Below are positions 19,244 to 29,179 of a DNA stretch of 64,000 nucleotides, piece after piece. The notes below the pieces were generated by a model, which saw nothing but the letters and a program-made list of their open reading frames with translations, had not been told where the DNA came from and made no database searches. The number at the start of each line of letters is the position of its first letter. Within the stretch, counting starts at the first letter, position 1. The translations under genes and the position numbers were made by a program. The stretch covers positions 878-64,877 of the forward strand of contig CAZNXM010000006.1 in NCBI GenBank assembly GCA_964577145.1, read 5' to 3'. Source of the DNA: an uncultured Candidatus Poseidoniales archaeon (GTDB lineage Archaea; Thermoplasmatota; Poseidoniia; Poseidoniales; Poseidoniaceae).

Positions 19244-21797
19244 TGACATGTTCAGTTGAAGGAACTGTGTGGTCTTCGAGTGGCGGAGCGAATGGCACAG
19301 GAGTATCTAGGGCGCCGATAACAAGTGGTGCAGATTCAAGAGCATAGAATGCTTCTTCGATAATTCTACTCTGTATGGAATTTCCTAAGCCACCAAACCA
19401 CTGACCTTCTTGTAGAACTACTAGCCTGCCAGTACGGACCACACTTTGAACACATGTTTCTGCATCGAAAGGAATCAAAGTTCGCAGGTCGATAATCTCA
19501 ACTTCAATTCCCTCGGAAGATAACTCATCAGCAGCCTGTAATGCGATGTGAACCATCGCCCCCCAAGTGACTAGAGTGACATCTTTGCCACCTCTTATGA
19601 CTCCGGCCTTGCCAATTTTGAGACGCTTACCTGCTGCAATCGCATCATTGACCGGTTGTGTATCTACATCCTGATTGATATTCATACCCCATCCGGTCTT
19701 ACCTCCTCTTAATCCATACAATCCAATATGCTCGAGAAACATCACTGGGTCATCTAATTCAGCTGCTTCCCTCAGAAGGTCATACGCATCCTGAGGAGTG
19801 CCTGGAGCAAGTACAACCATTCCTGGGTCATTCGCATACCACGATTCGATCATGTTTGCATGGAATGGTCCACTTCGAGTCCTAGCACCTAATGGGCAAC
19901 GGATAGTCAGTGGGACATTTGCCCCCCACCGCCATCGAAGCATTGCGGCATTATTGATTAGAGCATTATGAGCTAATGCTGCGAAACCGCCGAATTGAAT
20001 TTCTGCCATCGGGCGTAATCCAGAGAGGGCAGCGCCTGTTGCTGAGTGGATAATTACCGCCTCGCAAAGAGGCATGTCAAGCAATTTGTCTTGGTGGCCA
20101 TTTGCTTTGAGTGGAATATTCATTCCAAAAGCGCCGGCGACCTCCATGTCTTCACCCATGAAGAAGGTCTTGTCGCCATAATGTGAAGCGATGTCACACA
20201 TGGCTTGCTGGATCGCTCTAGCATATGTCCAACCACCAGATTCAGCGTAAGTAAGTGAACACTCACCTACTGCTAAAGGTGATTCAGATTCCTCATTAAC
20301 TGCTGAACCTCCCAAGCGTTCAAGATGCATTTCATGAGTGTCTGCATCGTGCAGAGAAGTAATACCGATTGTCACTGTTGTAGGGTCTGCCCATTCCATC
20401 TCCTCAACGGCTTCGCGTGCAGTTTCTATCAATTCTTTTTCCTCTATTTCCATCTGCTCTAATTCGGATTCATCGACGCCAAGTTCGAGGAGAAGGCGGC
20501 GATGTGTAGGAATCGGGTCCTTTGCCTCCCAATAAGAGAGCAGTTCACGGTCCACATATCCTGGTGGTGTTCCCGATGGTGCACCGAGATAAAGGTCGTC
20601 ATGATGATGTGCATGTCCGCAACCGCGCATAGTTTCTACATGAATTAGAGTTGGGCCTGAGCCTGAAAGTGAAAATTCTCTTGCAGTTGCAACTGATGCA
20701 TGCCATGCTGCAGGGTCCGAACCATCGATTGCCCATGATGGCATGCCCATTGCCACACCCTTATCCCCCCATAATTCTGCATTGGACTGGTGAGTTGTCG
20801 GAGTATCTAATGCAATCTGATTATTTTGCAAAATATATCCAATTGGGAGGCCACGAGTTGCGGCAAAATTGATCGCTTCCCACCACTCACCAGAGGAGGA
20901 GGAGCCTTCGCCTATACATGCGAGATGAAATCGCTCCTCACCCTTTCTCATAGAGCCAAGTGCCATTCCAGTCATCGTGACCGAAGCAATAGGTAGAGGA
21001 GCGGTTGGGGGCAAAACGCCACGGTGAAAGCATCCAACGTGAAGATCTCTACCACCTGCGCCAGCGTGTCCACCATCCATAACTGACTCGGATTTGCCCA
21101 TTTGGGCAGTGATAATATTTCGAGGACTGTCTCCCATCGCCATGCAAAGTCCCACATCACGAATCATTGGTGCTACATAGTCTCCAGAATACTCGGAATC
21201 TGGCTCATTTAGTGGCTGTCGCTCAAGAGCTGTGCCTGCTGCAACACACGCCTCTTGCCAAGTTGAACGGAAGCCCTTACCACCAAATCTACCACCGTCT
21301 GGTGTTTCCATTCCTTCGAAAAATAACGCCTTCAGGTGCTCGTCTAGATTACGGGTACGTGTCATCATTCTCTGCCATTCAAGTCGTTGCTCAATTGTGA
21401 CTGACATGTACTGTGCTAAACGACGAAGACAAAGGTGTACATCAACGAGTAATCGACTCGCCCTACGGTCAAGGTGTGTCTTTGTATCTCTACGAGGAAT
21501 GACCTCACTATGTTTGGATAGGCCTGTTGCATCAATACGGGCCGAAAGACCTCGCTTTAGTGCATCTAAAACTCTCTGGGTATGGATATGCCATGATTCA
21601 CCATCGAATGAGGTTTCATCACGTATTACATGATCCCAAACCGCTGAAACCAATGGCAGATGGCCATCATGACGTTCAGAAATAAAACGCATCAATTCAT
21701 CCTTTGCTGCATCTGCAGGGAGCAGGTTCTGGAATTCAAGAGGAGTGCCTCCAGACCATTCAGTTCCTCGAATCGTTGGCATCTGGCCTTGCGACAT
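19212..21797 (-). CDS. Fused alpha/beta E1 component of a 2-oxoacid dehydrogenase with N-terminal extension
   Basis: ThDP motif GEGSSSSGEWWEAINFA...QNN; beta-part motifs GEDM, DMPLCE, MAEIQFGGF, GPFH, DLRTLIPFD, DTPVPFA. Confidence 0.88.
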   Translation of the reverse strand: MSQGQMPTIRGTEWSGGTPLEFQNLLPADAAKDELMRFISERHDGHLPLVSAVWDHVIRDETSFDGESWHIHTQRVLDALKRGLSARIDATGLSKHSEVIPRRDTKTHLDRRASRLLVDVHLCLRRLAQYMSVTIEQRLEWQRMMTRTRNLDEHLKALFFEGMETPDGGRFGGKGFRSTWQEACVAAGTALERQPLNEPDSEYSGDYVAPMIRDVGLCMAMGDSPRNIITAQMGKSESVMDGGHAGAGGRDLHVGCFHRGVLPPTAPLPIASVTMTGMALGSMRKGEERFHLACIGEGSSSSGEWWEAINFAATRGLPIGYILQNNQIALDTPTTHQSNAELWGDKGVAMGMPSWAIDGSDPAAWHASVATAREFSLSGSGPTLIHVETMRGCGHAHHHDDLYLGAPSGTPPGYVDRELLSYWEAKDPIPTHRRLLLELGVDESELEQMEIEEKELIETAREAVEEMEWADPTTVTIGITSLHDADTHEMHLERLGGSAVNEESESPLAVGECSLTYAESGGWTYARAIQQAMCDIASHYGDKTFFMGEDMEVAGAFGMNIPLKANGHQDKLLDMPLCEAVIIHSATGAALSGLRPMAEIQFGGFAALAHNALINNAAMLRWRWGANVPLTIRCPLGARTRSGPFHANMIESWYANDPGMVVLAPGTPQDAYDLLREAAELDDPVMFLEHIGLYGLRGGKTGWGMNINQDVDTQPVNDAIAAGKRLKIGKAGVIRGGKDVTLVTWGAMVHIALQAADELSSEGIEVEIIDLRTLIPFDAETCVQSVVRTGRLVVLQEGQWFGGLGNSIQSRIIEEAFYALESAPLVIGALDTPVPFAPPLEDHTVPSTEHVIKALRQVAQG

Positions 21798-21859
21798 GGT
21801 CTCATCCCCTCATTTCTGCCGAAGGGGAGTATTCCTTCAAAGCATCGCATTTCCAATAA

Positions 21860-23116
21860 TTATTGCTCAGAAGCACGATTAGCCATCTCCGAAGCATAAC
21901 AATCACTGAGCATTTCCTTATTGCGTAGCGTAATCAATAGCCCTATTGCCATCGGTACAGCAAGTATTCCTAATGCAAAAGCCCATGAGTTTGTGTAATC
22001 ATAAACCGGTCCAATGATTAGTGGACCAATGATTGTACCTGCTGCCCATGCGGTTCCAAATGCACCGAATGCAAGTCCAGCACCACCCTCACCATATGCT
22101 TGTGATGTAGCTGTATCAACCATTGGCAACATCGGTACTTGAGCCGCAGCAATCGCGAATTGGAACAAACCAAGAATGATGATAATATAGTAAGCAGCAA
22201 TTACGGAATCTGTTACTTTCCAAGCGACAAGACCTGCTGAAATTAGTGAGATTGTAACGAGTGACCAGCCGAGAATCATGTACCTTACTGGGCCGTTTTT
22301 ATCGACAAGTGTTCCCCATAGCCATCCTCCTGCACCTTGAGCGAGAACCATGACAAGGAGTACCGCACCAATCCATCCCGAGTTCAATCCAAGGCTTTCA
22401 CCAAGGAATAGAGGTACTCCGGCTTCAAGTGCGCCGGTTGCAAGAGTTGTCATCATCACGAGTAAGCCGATTCTAAATAGAACCGGATTATTGATGAAAA
22501 CCGAAATTGGCACACCTCCTTGCACAGGTTCGTCTCCTTTACCTAGTTCATTTGTTGTGACATAAATTAGTGGGATTACTCCTGCGGTTAAAACTGCCAA
22601 TAGGATGAATGCAAGGTCTGGGTCGACCTCGTAGGCAAGTCCTCCAATTACTGGTCCAAGTAGTCCACCAATTGTTGCCATTGCAATCAATTTGCCAGAC
22701 ATCTCTCCAAAACGTGTTGGCCAAATTTGGCTTGCTGCAGCAAAGCCAGCGGTGAGAATCGCCGCCCCTGATGCTCCATGTATTAGCCTCGCCAATGCAA
22801 GTACATAGAATCCATCAATTGGTAACTTCATCGTGGCTACAAGATAGAGAAGGGCTGAGGCCGTTAGGAGAAATAGTGATGCAAGAATCGTTTTTCCTGC
22901 TCCAAACCTATCTGTAATACGTCCGGTTTTGGGACCAAAAAAGAACAAAGGTACTGCCCATAAAGAAACTAAGGCTGTTGCTTCAGTATTTGACAGTGCG
23001 AATTGTGCCTTCCATGAAGGCAATATTGGAACGATGAAGGCATATCCAAGAAAATCTACAATAAATGCAGCAGCAAGTGCCCAAAACGCCCACTTCTGAA
23101 CATTATCATCACTCAT
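21860..23116 (-). CDS. MFS transporter
   Basis: Multi-pass hydrophobic protein with motif A GRITDRFG, ARLIHG and GPVIGG. Confidence 0.9.
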   Translation of the reverse strand: MSDDNVQKWAFWALAAAFIVDFLGYAFIVPILPSWKAQFALSNTEATALVSLWAVPLFFFGPKTGRITDRFGAGKTILASLFLLTASALLYLVATMKLPIDGFYVLALARLIHGASGAAILTAGFAAASQIWPTRFGEMSGKLIAMATIGGLLGPVIGGLAYEVDPDLAFILLAVLTAGVIPLIYVTTNELGKGDEPVQGGVPISVFINNPVLFRIGLLVMMTTLATGALEAGVPLFLGESLGLNSGWIGAVLLVMVLAQGAGGWLWGTLVDKNGPVRYMILGWSLVTISLISAGLVAWKVTDSVIAAYYIIIILGLFQFAIAAAQVPMLPMVDTATSQAYGEGGAGLAFGAFGTAWAAGTIIGPLIIGPVYDYTNSWAFALGILAVPMAIGLLITLRNKEMLSDCYASEMANRASEQ

Positions 23117-24204
23117 TCCTCTTCCTCCACTTTTTCAGGAAGAGAAGATAAAACATCACCAAGCATCTCAGTAATATCTTCAATTCGTGTTAGTAGAGTA
23201 AGGTCTGTCACAGTTCCAGGTCGGCCCAAATCCCACATCAATTCGTGTGCGGTTTCGTTGACCAGTCTGGTGAATTCTAGAACTGCTGGGTCAATACGGG
23301 TTTTGTCTTCATCCTCAAGCAAAGCAATCTTATCAGGCACTTCGTCAAGAATTCCATCCATCATTTCCTCAATATCAGTTGCAATACCATCCGCTTGTGT
23401 TTGGAGGATTTTTTCCATTGAAGAGACGCTGCCTTCCCTCTTTGAAACACCTCCTCCTTCTCCAAGTGAACCTGTTTTTTTCATCGTAGGAATAAGGGCT
23501 CCAGCTAATTTTGTTGACTTGGCTTCTTTGGCTCCATCATCACTCTTCTCGACCTCGGCTGGAACTTCATCCATGTCGTTAACAATTGAATTCAGAGCCA
23601 ATCTGAGCATATTAGAAACAAGACTTGGATCTAAACTCTCTTCTACCTCAATACCTTCTTCTCCAAGTTGTCCAAGGATTTCATTTACGAAATCAACATT
23701 GATTTTCTCCGGGGTCACCAAGCCTTTGAGCATGGGTAAAGCCCACGACCCATCGCCCATTACCATCGAGACATCGAAGGTTCCACCACCTCCGGTTCCT
23801 GTCGCATCGCTAACATCTGCAGGTGGTTTGACGAATTGCTTCTTGGAATGCTTCTCAAGTTGCGCTAATAGTAAGTTCATGTCAACCGGTTTGGAAATTA
23901 CTTCACTTATTCCCGCTCTTGCAGCACTTACAAGATATTCTTCTGTTGTTGTTCGAGAAAGAATCACAATCCTACATTTGAAAGCAAACTCCGGGTCGCT
24001 CATCAACCGTTGGCTTGCATCGATAGCATCATCAGTGTTCCATTCGCCATCTATCAAGACAATTTCTGGCATTGTAGCAAGTGCTGTACCCTCTGCCTGC
24101 CGAAGCGTTCCGGCCCGTGTTACATCATAGCCTGCGCGCTCAAGAGTACTGGCGAGAAGACTGCGTCTTCCCTCATTCTCGTCGGCCACAATGAGCTTTG
24201 CCAC
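23113..24204 (-). CDS. Response-regulator receiver-domain protein with unknown acidic C-terminal domain
   Basis: GTG start at 24204 (MAKLIVADEN), 29 nt after TTCAAGG. REC residues present: DE pair, IVLID, VILS, KP. Confidence 0.8.
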   Translation of the reverse strand: MAKLIVADENEGRRSLLASTLERAGYDVTRAGTLRQAEGTALATMPEIVLIDGEWNTDDAIDASQRLMSDPEFAFKCRIVILSRTTTEEYLVSAARAGISEVISKPVDMNLLLAQLEKHSKKQFVKPPADVSDATGTGGGGTFDVSMVMGDGSWALPMLKGLVTPEKINVDFVNEILGQLGEEGIEVEESLDPSLVSNMLRLALNSIVNDMDEVPAEVEKSDDGAKEAKSTKLAGALIPTMKKTGSLGEGGGVSKREGSVSSMEKILQTQADGIATDIEEMMDGILDEVPDKIALLEDEDKTRIDPAVLEFTRLVNETAHELMWDLGRPGTVTDLTLLTRIEDITEMLGDVLSSLPEKVEEEE

Positions 24205-24209
24205 AAATG

Positions 24210-24228
24210 GGGGCTCTGTAAGAGCCCC
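24210..24228. promoter_or_regulatory. Perfect inverted repeat GGGGCTCT-GTA-AGAGCCCC between TATA-like box and REC gene start
   Basis: 8-bp arms with a GTA/TAC spacer. Confidence 0.55.
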
Positions 24229-24256
24229 TTGAAGGTTCACCTACAAAGACTGCCTT

Positions 24257-25342
24257 TCAACCGTGGATGATACCATCTGGGTCGACTGCCGACCAACCCG
24301 CAATCCCATCTTCGAGATTGAATAATCTAGTAGAATCAAAACCTGACTGAATTAATTGAGCGATAGCGATAGAAGAACGCACTCCTCCTAAGCAGTGAAG
24401 CAAAACATCCCTGTCATCAGGAATACGCGGAACTACAGAAACTATCTCTGGATGAGGACAAAAATCATCACTACGAGCGATTTTATTTTGCTCTCTCTCG
24501 CCTTGACTCCTCACATCGATTATGTATGGATTCCATCCACCTTCAATTCGTTGTATTGCCTCGCTTGCGTTAAGTGACTGCATCATCGTTTCATCGGCAT
24601 CAATTGCCGCCTCTTCAACCTGTTCACTCTCAATATTACCGAATTTCAATATTCGAATCGATGCTTCAAGTGCATCAAAGATTAGCAACTTCCCTCTAAG
24701 TGGCTCTCCTTGTCCGATGATAATTTTGATTACTTCTGTAGCTTGAAGGCAACCGATAGTCCCTGGAAGAACTCCTAATACTCCTGCTTCAGCACATGAT
24801 GGAATCAATTCATCAGGTGGTGCTTCTGGAAATAGATCTGAATAGGTTGGTCCGCCGTTGAAATTGAAGACCGAAACCTGTCCTTCAAATCTATAAACCG
24901 AACCATATACCCATGGTATCCCTAATTTAATGCATGTGTTATCAATCAAATATCTCGTAGGTATATTGTCGGTACCATCGATGACAATATCATGCCCATC
25001 GAATAGTTGTTCGGCATTGTCCTCACTGACTCTTTCAACAAAATGAGCAACTGAAATATTCGGGTCGAGTTCTGTGATGAACCGTGCTGCAGATTCTGCC
25101 TTTGGAGTCCCAACATCTGCAGTGCGATGGAGAATTTGACGTTGTAAATTTGAGATATCTATCATATCATCATCGACAATTGTGATGTGGCCAACCCCTG
25201 CAGCAGCCAGATACTGGATTACTGGGCAACCTAGGCCACCAGCACCTACGCATAGCACCTTAGCCTTCGAAAGTCTGGTTTGCCCTTCAATCCCAACTTG
25301 GGGCAAAAGGACATGCCGTGAGTGGCGCGCAAGGTCTACCAT
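24257..25342 (-). CDS. moeB: MoeB/ThiF adenylyltransferase fused to rhodanese (MoeZ-like)
   Basis: RHSRH.LLPQVG, VGAGGLG, SNLQRQ, DGTDN, PSCAEAGVLG; rhodanese IDVR...HCLGGVRS. Confidence 0.9.
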   Translation of the reverse strand: MVDLARHSRHVLLPQVGIEGQTRLSKAKVLCVGAGGLGCPVIQYLAAAGVGHITIVDDDMIDISNLQRQILHRTADVGTPKAESAARFITELDPNISVAHFVERVSEDNAEQLFDGHDIVIDGTDNIPTRYLIDNTCIKLGIPWVYGSVYRFEGQVSVFNFNGGPTYSDLFPEAPPDELIPSCAEAGVLGVLPGTIGCLQATEVIKIIIGQGEPLRGKLLIFDALEASIRILKFGNIESEQVEEAAIDADETMMQSLNASEAIQRIEGGWNPYIIDVRSQGEREQNKIARSDDFCPHPEIVSVVPRIPDDRDVLLHCLGGVRSSIAIAQLIQSGFDSTRLFNLEDGIAGWSAVDPDGIIHG

Positions 25343-25353
25343 CAGAGGGTGCG

Positions 25354-26286
25354 TCAGTGAACGTTGTCTTCAAGCCAACGCTCAGCATCGATTGCAGCTT
25401 GACATCCTAAACCAGCAGCAGTAATGGCTTGTTTGTAACGGGTATCAACAACATCTCCAGCGGCAAAAATCCCAGGAACACTTGTCATAGTGAGTTCCTT
25501 ATGAATCAAATATCCCTCTTCATCAGTCTCTAATTGTCCATCGAGGAAAGACGTAATTGGCTTATGCCCTATGGCAATAAATGCACCTGTTACCGAGAGT
25601 TCCTCGGTAGAACCATCTCTGGGGTCCTCAAGAATAGCGCCGGTAAGTCCACTTTCGTCCGACAGCCACTTTTTCACCTGTCGGAAGGTACGAATCTCAA
25701 TTTTGGGATGTGCTACTGCTCGGTCGTACATCACTTGCGATGCACGGAAAACATCACGGCGATGGACCAATGTTACTTTGGATGCGAACCGTGTCAGGAA
25801 AGTGGCTTCTTCCATTGCAGAATCTCCTCCACCAACAACCATGATCTCCTGTTCACGGAAAAAGGCACCATCGCATGTTGCACAAGTTGAAATTCCACGC
25901 CCCTTCTGTTCATTCTCACCTTCGACACCAAGCCATATCGACTCAGCACCAGTGCAAATAATCAGTGTATGTGCTTGGTATTCCTCTCCTTCGCTGTATA
26001 CCTTGAACGGACGAGAAGTTGTGTCGACACTCTCGACATTGCGGTCTTGTACCTCCAAACCAAAGCGTTCGGCTTGTTCACGTAATTGCATCATCATTTC
26101 TGGTCCACCGATTCCTTCGGGGTATCCAGGGAAATTCTCGACGTCGCTGGTCAGCATCAACTGCCCACCGGACATGTATCCTGCGAACATTAGAGGACGC
26201 AACATTGCCCGAGCATTATACAATCCTGCAGTATAGCCTGCGGGACCGCTTCCGATGATGATGACATTGCGCACTTCGTCGCCCAT
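25354..26286 (-). CDS. trxB: Thioredoxin-disulfide reductase
   Basis: IIGSGPAGYTA, ENFPG, CATCDG, VGGGDSAMEEA, FAAGDV, QAITAAG. Start set at ATG 26286, 30 nt after TTCAAGG. Confidence 0.95.
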   Translation of the reverse strand: MGDEVRNVIIIGSGPAGYTAGLYNARAMLRPLMFAGYMSGGQLMLTSDVENFPGYPEGIGGPEMMMQLREQAERFGLEVQDRNVESVDTTSRPFKVYSEGEEYQAHTLIICTGAESIWLGVEGENEQKGRGISTCATCDGAFFREQEIMVVGGGDSAMEEATFLTRFASKVTLVHRRDVFRASQVMYDRAVAHPKIEIRTFRQVKKWLSDESGLTGAILEDPRDGSTEELSVTGAFIAIGHKPITSFLDGQLETDEEGYLIHKELTMTSVPGIFAAGDVVDTRYKQAITAAGLGCQAAIDAERWLEDNVH

Positions 26287-26360
26287 GAGCCCTTCCATGC
26301 GCATGTCATCCTTGAACATTCGCTCTGAAGATTGAAGCCAATGAGTTGATTGGCCCCCCT

Positions 26361-26906
26361 ATGGATGTAATATCTCACTGGCTATGGGGGATGGCCTTCA
26401 CAAGAAAAAAAGTATCTTGGAAAGTATCTGGGCCCATGGGTGTTTTACCTGACCTTATGGCATTCATCCCGGCTTCAATCGTAGGACTGATGCAAGGTCG
26501 AGATAGAGTTCATGTCGATGAAAACACGGTCACTTCGGACATGCACCCTATCGCTTGGGACATCTATCAGTGGTCGCATTCTCTATTCTTCGCCTTACTT
26601 ATTTTCCTTGGAGTTTGGTATGTCCTCCATAGAAGAGGTCATGAGACTCCGAGACTATTGGCATGGTACACAACCATACCCTGGATTGCACATATCATCG
26701 TCGATATACCAAGTCACACAATACAATTCTTCCCAACGCCATTCCTACATCCGTTTAGTGATTGGATGATTGATGGTACTAGTTGGGGAACGCCATGGGT
26801 TTGGTTCACCAATGTCGCACTATTGGCACTAACATGGGGTATTGTTCTGTGGAGAGAGCGCAATCAAAGCATGGATGAAATCGCAGATATTGAAGCTCTA
26901 GCATGA
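26361..26906 (+). CDS. Membrane metal-dependent hydrolase-like protein (YdjM/DUF457 type)
   Basis: MD..SH, GVLPDL, SHSLFF, H...D motifs and several TM segments. Confidence 0.7.
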   Translation: MDVISHWLWGMAFTRKKVSWKVSGPMGVLPDLMAFIPASIVGLMQGRDRVHVDENTVTSDMHPIAWDIYQWSHSLFFALLIFLGVWYVLHRRGHETPRLLAWYTTIPWIAHIIVDIPSHTIQFFPTPFLHPFSDWMIDGTSWGTPWVWFTNVALLALTWGIVLWRERNQSMDEIADIEALA

Positions 26907-27259
26907 GGTTCCAGACGAGGACCTATGTGTTCTGGCTCAGCACCGGGACCAATTATTCCCAAGCCAATTGGCTTGTCATGTACTAGTTGAAGTTCAATGA
27001 TGGCTTTGGTTACTACTTGGCCCATTACCAAACCATGTTGAGTTTGGCCACGCTCGATAATTCCAAGGCATGCTGCTCCGTCAATATCATCGCCTGAAAG
27101 TAAGCGGTCAAGTGCAAGTGGAACTTCCATTGCCCCTGGAACCCAAACAACTTCTACAACCTCAAGGCCTTCTTCATCGGCCTGCTGTTGAGCGAAAACT
27201 AACATGCGTTCTATCTCTGCTTTGTGAAAACTACCGCACACGATTGCGATTCGACTCAT
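26864..27259 (-). CDS. ribH: 6,7-dimethyl-8-ribityllumazine synthase
   Basis: VPGAMEVP, LG.I.RG.T.H, KPIGLGI. Confidence 0.92.
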   Translation of the reverse strand: MSRIAIVCGSFHKAEIERMLVFAQQQADEEGLEVVEVVWVPGAMEVPLALDRLLSGDDIDGAACLGIIERGQTQHGLVMGQVVTKAIIELQLVHDKPIGLGIIGPGAEPEHIGPRLEPHARASISAISSML

Positions 27260-27861
27260 GCCATTCCCTCCATGATCCTCTCTACTGTACTAACTACAGT
27301 CTGTGTCATCGTATCTACTTCGATGTTGACATTGCTACCCAATTGTTTGCCACCGATAGTTGTCAATCGCAGAGTTTCAGGAATAAGGTGCAGTGAAAAA
27401 CCACCCTCTTCGACATGACCAACGGTTAGAGAAATGCCATCTATGGCTACAAATCCCTTTGGCTGAATGAATCGAAGTATGTCATCTGGACAATCTATGA
27501 AAAGGTCTAGATGGTCTTCCCCACCATCTCGAGTGATTATTTCTCCCGTACCCATAATATGTCCAGAAAGAAGGTGACCTCCTAATTCATCTCCCATTTT
27601 CAGAGCGCGCTCGAGATTGACCCAATTGCCCTCAACTTTTTCACCGATTGTTGTTAGTTGAAGAGTTTCAGGAATTACATCAAAAGAAATTTCAGAACCA
27701 TTTATCCCCGCTACGGTTAAGCAAACTCCATCCACACAAACCGAGGCTCCTACTTCAAGTAAGTCGGTGCTAACTAGACTGAAATCAATTATGATTCTAA
27801 TCACTTCATCGCCTTCAGATGATACGATTCTACCCATTCCTGCAACAATTCCAGTGAACAT
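27256..27861 (-). CDS. ribE: Riboflavin synthase, bacterial/homotrimeric alpha type
   Basis: MFTGIV N-terminus, DGVCLTV, VNLERAL, GGHLLSGH, DGISLTV, VNIEVD. Confidence 0.93.
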   Translation of the reverse strand: MFTGIVAGMGRIVSSEGDEVIRIIIDFSLVSTDLLEVGASVCVDGVCLTVAGINGSEISFDVIPETLQLTTIGEKVEGNWVNLERALKMGDELGGHLLSGHIMGTGEIITRDGGEDHLDLFIDCPDDILRFIQPKGFVAIDGISLTVGHVEEGGFSLHLIPETLRLTTIGGKQLGSNVNIEVDTMTQTVVSTVERIMEGMA

Positions 27862-28319
27862 CAAATCCCCTCCTCATCAAGGCGTTTTCTCGTCCCAGCT
27901 AAGTCAAGAATTCTAGCGATTATTTTACGAGTTCCATCGAGGTCATCAGATAGTCCTTCAACTCGAACCACCTTGATATGACCAAGACCTCGTTCTTCAA
28001 GTGAAGTTCTAATTCTTCCCTCGGCATGCTCTTGGTCATACCCGAGAGCAATTACATCAGGATTGACGCTCGGGAGAATATCGAAGATTGGTACGTCTGG
28101 CGAATTGCCAATAATTGCTTCATCAACTGGCTTGAGTCCCTCTACCATTCGACGTCGTAAGTCTTGCCCTGTCACTGGCTCATGCTTACGCTTTCGTACG
28201 GTATCGTCGTGTGCTACCACTACCGTCAAATGATTGCCCAGAGCCTTTGCCTGCTCCAAATAATGCAGATGTCCTGCGTGAAGAAGGTCGAATACTCCAA
28301 CTGCCATTACTCTGACCAT
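27861..28319 (-). CDS. ribL: Archaeal FAD synthase (cytidylyltransferase family)
   Basis: GVFDLLHAGH, VVVAHD, KPVDEA, PDVIALGYDQ; lies within the rib cluster. Confidence 0.85.
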   Translation of the reverse strand: MVRVMAVGVFDLLHAGHLHYLEQAKALGNHLTVVVAHDDTVRKRKHEPVTGQDLRRRMVEGLKPVDEAIIGNSPDVPIFDILPSVNPDVIALGYDQEHAEGRIRTSLEERGLGHIKVVRVEGLSDDLDGTRKIIARILDLAGTRKRLDEEGI

Positions 28320-28357
28320 TTGCTTCTCCTCCGTGTTCCGGGATAGGGCTGACTCTC

Positions 28358-29056
28358 TTAGAGACCGAGGGCGGAAATCAATTCCTCTCCAGTCAAGAAT
28401 GGGATGTTTCTCTTATTCGCCCAAATACGGGCATCATCTACTGCAAGTGCTAGGTCGCCATCGGGTTGTAACATCTCTGCCCCAATCACAACTGGAGTCA
28501 ATCCAGCAAGGCGGGCTAGACCTACTGCCAATTCAGTATGGCCTTGTCGCTTGGATAGGCCGCCTTCGGATTCCCTGCAAACAGGTATGTGCCCAGGTGT
28601 GCGGAATTCAGCCCCGAGTGCCTCAAGTGGATTTACCCCGCTCTCATTTACTTCGGCAAACAATTCTGCGAACCTGCGCGTAGTTAGTGCTCGGTCATGA
28701 TCTGTTATTCCAGTGAATGTTTCACGATGATTTATCGAAAGGGTGAACGCACTACGAGTATCGTATTGTAGATCATCCGTTTGGAGATGGCGCAGCACTT
28801 CATGGTCTGCCATCAAACGTTCATCCATGTGCAAATCCTGCAGATAAGGAAGATCGAATAATTCACCAACTTCATGGCCGATAGCAAGGAAAAGTAAGCC
28901 GCCGCAATCAAAGCGAAGTTGGCGCATTGTGGAGGGTGTGGCGGCCTGACCCGGAAATAGCAGGTCGGTTTCCCCTTCCCTGTTCTCTGCATCGAAAAGA
29001 CACACTGGTTGACCTGCACGGAATGCGTCAACCGCGGCCCTGACATGAGGCTGCAT
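28358..29056 (-). CDS. ribB: 3,4-dihydroxy-2-butanone-4-phosphate synthase, archaeal type
   Basis: DAENREGETD, GGL, YDTRSAF..INHRETFTGITDHDRALT, FRTPGH, RQGHTE. Confidence 0.92.
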   Translation of the reverse strand: MQPHVRAAVDAFRAGQPVCLFDAENREGETDLLFPGQAATPSTMRQLRFDCGGLLFLAIGHEVGELFDLPYLQDLHMDERLMADHEVLRHLQTDDLQYDTRSAFTLSINHRETFTGITDHDRALTTRRFAELFAEVNESGVNPLEALGAEFRTPGHIPVCRESEGGLSKRQGHTELAVGLARLAGLTPVVIGAEMLQPDGDLALAVDDARIWANKRNIPFLTGEELISALGL

Positions 29057-29179
29057 GGACCCTCCGTTCTGGTTCTCTCTCATGAACCCACGCACGTCGA
29101 ATCGCGGTCATTTAGGAACGCTTGACGGAAAGGGGTTAACATAGGACACCCCTTCGGCCTGACCTGCGGGGATGGAATC

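Noticed and set aside
23258-24130. 290-aa plus-strand ORF
   Set aside because: Antisense shadow of the REC gene; Ser/Ile-rich with no motifs.
25571-26236. 221-aa plus-strand ORF
   Set aside because: Antisense to the clearly conserved trxB.
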